From Somniosus microcephalus (lineage: Eukaryota): a stretch of DNA of 64,000 nt. Shown piece by piece: positions 1 through 10,532 of the stretch. How positions within the stretch are numbered: position 1 is the stretch's first letter; each line of letters starts with the position of its first letter. A program made the position numbers and the translations under genes. The notes below the pieces were generated by a model that searched no databases, was not told the origin of the DNA, and saw only the letters and a list, made by a program, of their open reading frames with translations. The stretch spans positions 118,172,001-118,236,000 of the forward strand of contig CM126206.1 of assembly GCA_052327205.1 (NCBI GenBank). Direction: 5' to 3'.

Positions 1-47
1 AGTGATTAGCTCGATGATAGGATACCAGTGAACCTTGTTAGTCCTCG

Positions 48-149
48 GTGATTCAATTAGTCCCAGTCAGGACACGAGATGAACTTTGTTCCAGCCATGC
101 GTAAGCGTGGCATGTCTCACTCTGCAGTGATTCAATTAGTCCCAGTCAG
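48..149. repeat. Two identical 23-bp direct repeats (GTGATTCAATTAGTCCCAGTCAG) separated by 56 bp
   Basis: Copies at 48-70 and 127-149. A short tandem of AATCTTGTCCAGC follows at about 179-205. Confidence 0.85.
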
Positions 150-1099
150 CGAATTTGTTGTTTGTGTCTTTTCCAGCAAAATCTTGTCCAGCAATCTTGT
201 CCAGCAAAATTTTATTCTAACACTTGAATGGACAACCCCTAACTTTTTCTGGTGTGTTTAGTGGGTAAGAACCACAACTTCATGCTCTTCGTGTATTTGA
301 ATGCTGAGTCTCTCGGTAAGCTACTGTTAGAGCCAAGTGTCTGCAGGAGCAGGGCAACTCGGACAGCAACTTCCTGATTTCTGCGTTTAACTGCATGTGC
401 GGACGCCGAAAGTTGCTGTTCGATTTACTCCTCAATAGAATTGAGCCACTTGTGAGGCTGACCAGTGCCTCTGAACCTGAGACAATATCCAAGGCAGACC
501 TGAAATTTGTAACACTAAGCCAGGTCTGTGTACACCGCAACTGTGGTGCAACAGTGAGGGAATTGCAACTTAACTCTTGCCTGCCATGTAGGACTGAGAG
601 AGGCATCAAAGACTAAGTAGGACACAGAGGTGCACAAACTAAAGCTAATTTCTATATTCCAGAAGTTCCACCAAGGCCTACCAACAAAGGGGTTGAGATG
701 GGAGCAAGTGAAAGGTAATGCAGGCATATAAAACCTGATGGAAAATTGGGTGGGACCCAGAAGAGGAGAAAATGCAAATTTCTGCTGGGACCTGAGGAAG
801 ACAAAAGTTCCATAAGGAAGTGGGGCTGACAGAAAGGTTTCTTCCCTCTGCGTCCCCCAGCCCCCAAGATTCCCATGCCTCCTGCCTACTTTGCGCTCAT
901 CAGTCTGAATGCCAGTATGAAACTGGTGTCCAGGTATTTGGAGGGTTGTAAATGAGGCCAATTGTGATGCCTTAGCCTGAACACCCAGATGATTTCCAGC
1001 AGCATCCTGCCAGATTTGCCCCCTTTAAAAGGAGGCCGATTACCAACCGGTTAAGAAAAGATTTGATGTTGGCTTGTCCTCACCTCGAGCGGCATTTTC

Positions 1100-1400
1100 C
1101 TTCCACCAGCAAGTGTCCCAAGTTGCACCATAGTGGCGTGGATGCCCACCGGAGATATTTAATATAACTGACTCTTCCCTGACCCTGGATGTTCCGGCAT
1201 TGTCGGGAGTAGAACTGTTTGAACTATTTGAAATTTTAATGGTTGTCCATAGCTCTGAAGAATGTAGTACAAGGACATTCAGGATTTGTACTCTAACTTG
1301 GTATTGGAAAATATGTATTCTCATATGTACTGCCTGTAACCCTAATACGCTAGATTTTCCACCAATCTCTGTCAATCTATTGGCAGCGCTGGATTAAAAT
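1100..1400 (-). mobile_element. Very decayed RTE-like LINE ORF fragment (region after the RT domain)
   Basis: Minus-strand translation QVRVQILNVLVLHSSELWTT weakly resembles the RTE motif KVRVYxxxVLxxLLYGSETWT. Confidence 0.3.
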
Positions 1401-1529
1401 GTGTCCACCCATATGTGGAAAATAAATGTTAAATTCTGCAAATACACCCTCCATCATATTTTGAGAGGGAAAATGGTGGGAAAACACTATCATTATGATG
1501 AGGAAAGCAATCAAAGCCTATCTTAGTTC

Positions 1530-2302
1530 AACACGTTAACAGAAAGTTTACACGAACATTGGCGATAACAACCAAGTGCCTACCCTTGTGTGTTGTTAGT
1601 TGGTATTATTGGACTAGGATGACGGTGAGTGTGAGGGGTGGCTAGTGAGATGGGGAAGTGATAATGTAGATAGAGAGGGATGGGTGGAGGTGCAAGGTAT
1701 GTTGATGTGAGTAAGGATGTGCAGGAGTAGGGTAGGGAAGGCAGAGTGATGGGAATGTGATGAGTGGCACAGCAGGATGAGTTTGAGTGTGGCTTTGCAG
1801 TAAAGTTTCGTGATCTACTGAGATCATTGAAAGGTTTGTGCCACTGCAGTCTGGTCCTCCTGATGACATCCCTGCTTGTGTCCTCCTGTGCGATGTGCAA
1901 CCAGGCTGCGTTGGTCTCTTGGGGAGGTCTCTTCCGCCCATTGGAAGGGAAGAGAACCTCCCTGCGTGTTGTAACTTATGGAGGATGTAATAGGAGAGCC
2001 TGGGTGCAGCCGTGCAGCTTTGTGCAGTGTTTGCAGCACCTCAATACTTTGATTTTGACAGTTGTGCTGTCAGTGTTCTAATGTGGCCATGGTCCCTTTA
2101 AGGAAACCAGCTGATGACGCGTCAGCAAATGACGTCATCAGACCCACTTCCTATTAACTGGCCGGGAACCTCGTAGGGCGGGCTTAACAAGCCCTATTAA
2201 TGTGAAATCTTGTTGGAGGCTGGGATCGGCACAGATACGGGGTCCCCACACGCCGCGGACGTTGCCTACCCCGGACCCGCTGAGGTTGGAAAAATTCCGC
2301 CC
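1530..2302. mobile_element. Non-autonomous PIF/Harbinger element, one end missing (family X, copy 1)
   Basis: Right TIR AAAATTCCGCCC at 2291-2302. Minus-strand Myb/SANT remnant HIAQEDTSRDVIRRTRLQWHKPFNDL. Colinear with 6570-7353. Confidence 0.8.
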
Positions 2303-2322
2303 AGTACTTCTGACATGCATTA

Positions 2323-4356
2323 CAGGAAACTCTTTGGTATCCGGCACCAACGGGACCGGGATGGTGCTGGTTGGTTAAAAATGCCGGATGGTGGAGAGGG
2401 TTATCTACCGAGGCTATTTTATACAAACAAAAATTAAAAAATCAAGAAATGTGCAGTATACAGTACAGGAAACTTCGCGATATCCGGCACCGACAGGACC
2501 GGCGTGATGCCGATCTATGAAAACTTCCGGACAGACCAGCGCTAATGTTGAAGGATACGGAGGTTTTCATCTCCGTATCTGACAACAAACACTGTTGCTT
2601 AGCAACAGCTTGTAAACAGTCGGCCCATACCTTGGAAGCGTCTCTGTAGCTTAGCAACAGCTTCAGAGAGGCTTTCCAGAGACTGACTGTTTAAAAAAAT
2701 GCTAGGAGAAGAAAAAAAAACCTAACAAAACGGCTGCTGATTTCTGCTGTTAGATCGAGGTTTCCGGCCATACAACCTCCGGATTGGGTACTCACCCACA
2801 GAATGTTGTGTTAATCAAGCATCTTCCACCATCCATTTAAGTACAGTACTGCCAGTTGAGGGTAATCCATAACTCTTTAATTATTTAACAGTAAAACAAA
2901 ACTTTTATACAGTAAACGACTGTATACAGTACTGTAGTTGATTACACTTATTCCAAGTCAGCTGGTTCATCAGGTATATCCATGCGAGCTGGGTCATCGG
3001 GATCATGCATTTCAACAGATTCTTCAGGCACTTCCACTGCTTCAACTCTTTTGGAAGCTTCCTGAAATATGTCCCGGATGTCTGCTTGCTTAGTGGACTC
3101 TTGCCTTTTTTGTAGAAAGGTGGAATGCAGAATATGGAGTTGCATAACTTCTTGGGCAGAGTAGCAAGGCAGTCTTTCAGCAAATTGGAGGATTAAAGCA
3201 AATCCTTCTGTAGCTTTAGCCCAAGAAATCCCTCACAGATGGAACAAAAATATGATGGAACCAATACGAAAAGATTTCCTTCCCCATCCAAGCATTTCCT
3301 TGAGCTTTGTACTCAACAGGTAAGTGCCTCACATTTTTCAATGCACGGGGATTTTTATACTTCCCAATAACAAGAAGTTTAATCCAGCAGCGTTCGCACA
3401 TGTTAGCACGGTTACATGGTCTTCATTTTTCTTGTAACCTGAAGCACTAGCCCCAGCAAGCGTTGATTCTGGCAAAAACCTCCAAAATAAGCCAGTTTCA
3501 TCGGCATTGTATATCTGTGCTGGCGACAAATCACGTTGCTACACAATCCAATTGAAATAATCGCAGTATTCTTCTGTGGCATCGTGATCAGCTGATTTCT
3601 TCTCCCCGAAAATATCGAGTCGTCGTATCCCGTGCCGTAACTTGAAGCACGTTCGCCATCCCTCGGAGAAAGCACACTTGTCAGTGAGCGCCATCTTTAC
3701 GTAGAAATCCTTCGCTTTCTCGATGAGCATGGGTCCGGAAAGTGGAACACCCTCTGAACGCTTAAGAGAAAACCACTCATAAAGCACGGTATCCAGCTCT
3801 TCAAGCTTAGGCTTACGAAGCGTACGCCATTTCTCTACACTCTTGGATGTCTCCGAGCTTGAATAAAACTTGAGCAGCTTATCCTTCTGCGATTTGATGT
3901 CGTAGATTGTTGATGAACCGATTTTGAATTCATTCATAATGTTGATACGCTTCTCTCCCCTTTCTAGTCGTTGGCATATCTCAATTTTCTGTTTTAAAGT
4001 TAACACCACTCTCTTCCTTTTGCTTGGACCAACTTTTGGGAATTCCATAATGTAAGATGGGGGAGATAATTCCCGATAAAGATGGCGAGACACACAGTAA
4101 AATGGCGGATTGGAAGAGACTACTGGCAGCGCGGGAAAGTCAAATTCCTGTTATTGAGGTGTTCGGACTTCCGACAGCGCCAAGAAGCCGAGTAGTGGCA
4201 GTTTGGAGAACTACCCCCACTGACTAACTTGGCCACCGCGGGAGACTCGGACTTGGCAACATTTCCGGTTATTGAGGTGTTGTTTTCGGAGTATGAATTT
4301 TGCCGGTTAATAGAGAATTCCGGATATTTAGGTGCTGTTTAAATGAGAGTTTCCTG
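2323..4356 (-). mobile_element. Tigger/pogo (Tc1-mariner superfamily) DNA transposon, internally deleted
   Basis: TA followed by CAGGAAACTCTTTGGTATCCGGCACC at 2323; inverted copy GGTGCTGTTTAAATGAGAGTTTCCTG ends at 4356; transposase remnants lie inside. Confidence 0.88.
2948..4052 (-). pseudogene. Tigger-type transposase (HTH-psq, CENP-B HTH and partial DDE), frameshifted and deleted
   Basis: [22 protein letters not shown]...[24 protein letters not shown] (ORF 3539-4093); [11 protein letters not shown] and [11 protein letters not shown] (3338-3529); [15 protein letters not shown]...GNAWM (3216-3401); C-terminal KQADIRDIF. Confidence 0.88.
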
Positions 4357-4994
4357 GATAATTAAGTTGTGGAATATAGCACTTTGAACTGGTTTGCAAT
4401 TTTACATCAGTGAAGGAAGGCATTTAACTGATAAGGATGACTAACCAGAGATAGTCCCATCTGTATATGTGATCATATCTCTAAGCTAAAATAGAATCAA
4501 TAGGTCTTAATGGCCTGTATCAGTGCAGCAACTTTATAATCCATCCCCCTAAAATGGTTACCATATTTCTCGTGGTACTGTGGCATTCTGTAGCATGCTG
4601 CAAGTCCATCCAACTATTTTAAGTAACATACTAGATTGGGGACCATAAATCACAAATTATTTTACAACAACACTTCAGGGAATCAAAGATACCTTTGTTC
4701 TCCCTGCCTGGGATCATCAATTTGATGTTTACACAACAGATTGTTGCTGTGCAGTCTCACCAGGCCTGCAAGACAAAGTTTAAAACATTGAAAGTGAAAT
4801 TGAGCATCATTTAGTAATAAACTTTCTAATAGTTAAATATTTGGCTGCAAGAGTGCCATTACTATATACAGTATTACTGTAGAATACAAAAGCAAATTTT
4901 TCAGTGAAGTGCAATAATGCATAAAATTAGTCAGTTCTTTCACAGATCATGTACAATATGCTCCATCATGAACTAATTTTATTATATTTTTTAT

Positions 4995-5510
4995 ATACCT
5001 TCTCGCCCTGAGAAAGTGGTGGTGGACTGCCTCTTTAACCGCTGCAGTTTATGTGGTGAAGGCGCTCCCATAATGCTCTTAGATGGGGAATTCCAGAGCT
5101 TTGATCCAGCGACAATGAAGGAACGGCAGTATGTGTCCAGTCCAGGATGGCATAATATTTGGAGGGAATCTTGCAGGTGATGGTGTTCCCATGCACCAGC
5201 TGTTCTTGCCCTCCAAGGTGGTAGAAGCCACAGGTGTGGGAGATGCAGCTGCAGAAGCTTTGGTGAGTTGCTGCAATGCATCCTGTAAATAGTACACACT
5301 GCAGGTATGGCGTGCTGGTGGTGGAGGAGGTGCCGATTACGAAGATTGCTTTGTCGTCGATGGTGTCGAGCTTCTTGAGTGCTGTTGCAGCTGTACCCAT
5401 CGAGTCAAGTGGCGAGTATTGCATCACACACCTGACTTGTGCCTTGTGGGTGGTGGAGATACATCGGGGAGTCAGTAGGTGAGCCACTCACCACAGAATA
5501 TCCAATCTCT
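4995..5510 (-). mobile_element. 3' fragment of a CR1-group (Crack/L2B-like) LINE
   Basis: HLLTPRCISTTHKAQVRCVMQYSPL...LKKLDTIDDKA matches the YKAQVRxxMEY motif after RT; RSFIVAGSKLWNSP matches the SFxPxTxxLWNxLP motif. Confidence 0.75.
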
Positions 5511-5662
5511 AATCTCAAATTTCCCAATAAAAGACTTTTTAAAATGTTGCCAAAAAGCTATTGAGCTAGATTCCAGAATATCAAACCAATCATACAACTG
5601 ACATAAACCCTAACCAACTGGGCCTCCCGCAAGAATCAAACTAGTCTACAAATAGATACGTA

Positions 5663-7353
5663 GGCCGGAATTTTCCAGGGGTCAGCAGGCAGGATCAGTG
5701 GCGGGTTGGGTGGGAAATGTAATTTTTTTGACAGCGGACTGGGACCCCACTGTCAAGCCACCGCCGCAATGCGCCTTTCCCAAGGATGCGTGTGTGATCT
5801 CCGATCCGACCCACAGAGGTGGGCGATCCAATTATTGGGTTGTCGACAGACCTTTAATAATGCTTTTAACCTTACCTTTTAACCTACGCTGCTCGGGGAC
5901 CACGTCTGTGAACCTGAGGCGGGAGGTGAATGGCCATTGCTCCAGCTCCTTACTTGGCAGCTTCAAATGTACAGTAAAAGCTCCCACCTGACATCATCAG
6001 TTTCCTCAGCCACAAGCTGTTTCTCAGTCCATTTCCAGCACAGATTCTGCAGGCTTTCCACTTTCCACTCTCCATCTATTGACAGAATGCTTCTGTCATC
6101 TCTACTTCACCTGCCATCTATTTTATCAACATGGGTGCCCTTTATACTGTCTCACCTTGTTTCTCAGAGCCAGACCACAATCAACGCCAACACCAGCAGC
6201 ACCAGGCACACTAGCAGTACCAACAACAACACCAACCTTCTCCGCAATCACCTGATGCTGCACAGGACAGAGGGCATCAGCACCCGAGCACATTGCTGCC
6301 CGGGAGGCCAGGGATGGCCTCACCCTGGCCAGATTTATTTCACTTGACACTGTACACTCTGGCTGCCACATGATGCGCCAGGTTGGCAGCACCCCACACC
6401 AGCACCATAAAACATCCCTACAATGTCCAAGCCGTTCCTTTCACACTCATTGCGGGGGTTACCGTTATGTCTCACCATTCACTACAACTCACTAAGCCAC
6501 TTCCAAAGGTGCATACAAATCTATCCAAGAACGGAAAGTGTTGAAAATAAAGGTTTCAATGTTTGAAAGCACCTTAACAGAAACTTTACATGAACATTGG
6601 ATAAAACACCCAAGTGGCTACCCTTGTGTGTTGTTAGTTGGTATGATTGCACTAGGATGAGGGTGAGTGTGAGGGGTGGCTAGTGAGATGGGGAAGTGAT
6701 AATGTAGATTGAGAGAGAGGGATGGGTGGAGGTGCAAGGTAAGTTGGTGTGAGTAAGGATGTGCAGGAGTAGGGTAGGGAAGGCAGAGTGATGGGGATGT
6801 GATGAGAGGCACAGCTGGATGAAGGTGAGTGTGGCTTTGTATTAATGTTTTGTGATCATTGAAGGGTTTGCGCCACTGCACCCAGGTCCTCCTAACAACC
6901 TCCCTGCTTGTGCCCTCCTCTGCAATGTGCAACCAGGTTATGTTGGTCTCCTGGGGATGTCTCCGGCCCATGGGAAGGGAAGAGGAACTCCCTGTATGCT
7001 GTGACTCACTCCATACGCATATGGAGGGAGCCATGGGAGAACCTGGGTGCAGCCCTGCACCTCTGTGCAGTGATTGTCAGTGTTTGCAGCACTTCAGTGC
7101 TGTAGAACACTGTCAGCACAAATGTCAAAAGAAAGTTGGCCATGGTCTCTTTAAGGAAACCGGCTGATGACGTGTCATGAATGACATCACCAGACTCACT
7201 TCCTCTAATTGGACAGGAAACGCGCTGGGTGGGCTTAACAAGCCCGATCAACGTAAATTCATTTTAGGCAGCGGGATGGAGCCAACAGCAGGGCCGCGAC
7301 CCGCCACCGACATCGCCCGCACCGGACCTGCCGAGATTAGCAAAATCCCAGCC
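5663..7353. mobile_element. Non-autonomous PIF/Harbinger element with both ends (family X, copy 2)
   Basis: TIRs GGCCGGAATTTT (5663) and AAAATCCCAGCC (ends 7353). Gln-rich transposase N-terminal remnant on plus at about 6130-6350. Myb/SANT exon-1 remnant on minus, WLHIAEEGTSREVVRRTWVQWRKPFND. Confidence 0.85.
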
Positions 7354-7454
7354 ATTATCTTTCAAATGAGTCAATTAAACCAAAATCCTGTCTGCCTGAA
7401 CTGGATAACCAGTGTCTATGCCAACATTTCTCCCTCATTCAACACCACCACAAC

Positions 7455-7620
7455 TAGATGAACGAGTCAGCTATCTCTGTGCCATTGTGGGATCCAGCAG
7501 TGCATAAAAATGGCTGCAATGTTTGCCGACATAACTAAGTTATTGCACTTCAAAAAGTGCTACAATGCTACTCCATTGCCATTTTGAATCCTTGGGCAAA
7601 GTACAATTGAGGTGATACCA
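7455..7620 (+). mobile_element. Decayed DeuSINE-like 3' fragment
   Basis: TGTGGGATCCAGCAGTGCATAAAAATGGCTGCAATGTTT...CACTTCAAAAAGT is similar to the reverse complement of 59500-59523 plus 60060-60125. Confidence 0.5.
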
Positions 7621-7814
7621 CAAAGTCAAAACAAGATTCAGTTGCACCATAATCACATTAAATTTGTCATTTATAGGTCCAATTTCACTATAAAATCTGT
7701 GTAAAAGGTACATGACAGCTGAATACTGCAGATTGTGGGATTTATTCATGACATGAGCCTATCTGGCTCATCAGTCTAGTATGCAAACTCAAACTGTGAA
7801 GTAATATAGAAGCA

Positions 7815-7880
7815 TAATACTTGCATTTATATAGCGCTTAATCGTGTTGTCAAAACATCTCAAAGCGCTTCACAGAATGA
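7815..7880 (-). mobile_element. L2/SINE 3' tail fragment
   Basis: ACTTGCATTTATATAGCGC...CATCTCAAAGCGCTTCACAG; the same tail occurs at 8373, 46648 and 59437. Confidence 0.6.
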
Positions 7881-8372
7881 CTTTTTGTTTTCTGGGTATG
7901 TGACTTACGTTGGTGAACTACAAACTGCGAGCTAAGCCAGGCACCAATATTAATCGCTGTGGTGGTGTTTAGTTACTGTAACTCAAGCTCCCTTGCATGT
8001 ATTGTTCTATTGACCACATGTCAGTTAGTTCAAATGTGGTTGAAAACTCCTGGTTATTAGATCGCTCCTAAAAGTTACATCTCTTACAAATAGTTTTACC
8101 GTTGGGTTTCTTTAACTTGGACAGTGATACAAGACAGGAGTGCTCACTGTGTCAGCTCTTCTTCTCTGCCAAAGAATCTTCACTTTGGAAATCAGAAACC
8201 ACACTGGTATCCAGTGACTGAATGTGGCAGGCAGCAAGGACAAGCTATATTTAGATCCTGAAAATATTCTTTTGATCCTTGCACCATCTTGAAAGAGCAG
8301 TCATTTGAAACATGTGTTGAGTTGTAGTGAAAATAAGTTTGAGTGCGGAATATATTGAGTTATTCCCCCACA

Positions 8373-8502
8373 CCAACAACAACTTGAATTTATATAGCAC
8401 CTTTCACTGTCAAAACATCCCAAGGCATTTCACAGGAGTGTTATCAGACAAAATTTGACACCGAGCCACATTGGGATATTAGGACAGATGACCAAAAGCT
8501 TG
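8373..8502 (-). mobile_element. L2-type LINE 3' end
   Basis: AACAACAACTTGAATTTATATAGCACC...AAATTTGACACCGAGCCACA...GATGACCAAAAGCTT, nearly colinear with 46648-46765. Confidence 0.7.
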
Positions 8503-10231
8503 ATTTTCGGGAATGAGCAGAGACTGAGACACTATGAAGACCAGAACATCTAATATATATGGGGAATTTCTCCTGGTGTTCTGCTAAATTTTAGACATAT
8601 TTGTGGATAATTCTATTACAGAATATCTATCAAAAGAAAAACTATCATTTCATGTGAATAAAATTGTACCAGGGTTTGGAGAATCTGTAAATTTTATATC
8701 CCTTTTGGAGAACTAACCTTACAGAGCACTCATTTTTTAACCTTTTAATTCAGACTTGTACAGTGTATAGTTGATTTGACTATTAAATTCTCAGTTAATT
8801 GAAAAGAATTAAGGATTGTGTTACTAAGTAGCATCAAGACATTTATTCAACACTAACTGAACTCCTGTGGCATTGCTTACAAGTAGTCTGCAGTCTGGGC
8901 CAGGATGCTCACCGAGGCCCAATTTCAAGCTGGGGAGCAGAATGAAGCAGCAGGGCAGACCTGGCCGAGCAGAGAGATAATGAATTTTAAAATTAATACC
9001 AATCAATCTCAGAAGTTGACACTCGTTATTATTTTCCGTCATGTAACTATTAAAACAAACTTTTTATTTAGTGCAGTTATATGCCCATTTTTCCACACAA
9101 TTTCCATTTATCACTACCCCAGGATTCTCCCAAGAAGTCACCCCCAAGTAGGACCTATGTTGGGTAGGATAACGACTATCTACTGGCCCACTTTACTACA
9201 CACTCTATCTGTATAATAGCATTTGAAACTGATGGCACCTTTTCAGAGAGAATTTTTTTCTCCTTGGTGATTTCCAGCCAAAAGGCTGTATCTGGAAGTC
9301 AAACAAAATGGTTTATTCAATCAGATGTTTCTCAAAAGTGCCAGAATTTATTATTGATACTAAAAGTGACTAATACTGACTGAGATGCCACTTACAATTT
9401 TGGAAGCCATGGGCATATCCCACCACATTTTCAGCAAAAGGTAGTATTCCTCTGATGTGCAGAGTGACAATGGTGCATTGTAGGAGTTTCGTTCACTGCA
9501 TGGTTGAGCCTCCACGTCAGCAGGAAAGTTGATGCAAGCTCCAGGAATGTAACAGAGTTTAAGCCCTTGGCTTTAGGAAAAAGCCTGTGAGGCTACATTA
9601 TGTGTAATGTAAAAAAAATGAATCTTTTTTTAAAGCCTCAAGCCAGAGTTTACATCTAGGCCCAATGAGGCAGATGGCAGCAAAACCTAAAAGATAACTG
9701 AAAGAATGTTCCTTTACATCACATCATAATGGGAGCCTGCATTAGAAATATAACTTTTTATACTAGGATTGATTTGTGTTGAATTGCCTTTATGCCAGGG
9801 ACAATATTCATACTTTTTAAAGGAAAGCTATAATCTAGTGTACTCTTTTTACACCACACTCATTTACTAGTTTGATACAGCCATCCATAATGTACCAACA
9901 ATTGGTTCAAAATCAACTTGACTGCTACTAAAATAAATACATAAATATTTTATTTCTCACATTAAGTGTGGATCTGTCTGTGGGAGAAGGTAAAGCAGGT
10001 TCTACGGAAGAAATGTCATGATCAGGATAAGCATTTATGCAAAATACTTTTTGGGAGCCTACTGCATCACCTTTTCCAACTTTAAAAAAAGACTTTTTAA
10101 ATATTAAGACAAAAATTCTTGGTCTTTGTCCCAATTAAGGTTTCCCCACAATAATAGAAGCTGGATTAAAATCAGGGCAGATGCTGTGACCCTAACCAAA
10201 TCTGTATATAGTACAAACACCACTGGCAGAC

Positions 10232-10423
10232 TGTTGTCTGTGTATAATAAGACACAAATTGCAGGAGAAACGGTACAACAGGTGTTTACTCAACGTGGCT
10301 CACAGTGGAACTGCCTGTACAGATTACTACTCAGTGCTATATACAGCTGTGGTCACTGCCGGTACTACAGTATACATGAGCTGTAAAAGATAGTTCCCCT
10401 CTTATATAGGTATATACATTACA
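10232..10423 (-). repeat. 3' LTR of Gypsy element 1
   Basis: 192 bp, aligns with 15199-15392; the polypurine tract is adjacent at about 10424-10437. Confidence 0.95.
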
Positions 10424-10532
10424 ATTCCTCCCCTTTTAGATTAACAGTACCATAACACTCATTTAACAATTAAATATCAAACTAATTACAATTAACACTT
10501 TTAACATGCAACATTAGCTGAAAATAGTCTAT

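Noticed and set aside
48-149. CRISPR-like repeat-spacer-repeat
   Set aside because: Only two repeats, a 56-bp spacer, no cas genes, and a vertebrate TE context.
280-961. ORFs 280-609, 395-616 and 515-961 as host exons (one frame has a PH-helix-like KWLNSIEE)
   Set aside because: No recognisable domain; the suggestive frame has stops and no clear splice sites.
3539-4093. Domesticated JRK/JRKL/TIGD gene
   Set aside because: Frameshifted, internally deleted and bounded by TIRs, so it is a transposon copy.
8140-8965. Candidate minus-strand exons (about 8258-8150 and 8960-8913)
   Set aside because: AG/GT pairs exist but the translations are unrecognisable and chance occurrence is likely.
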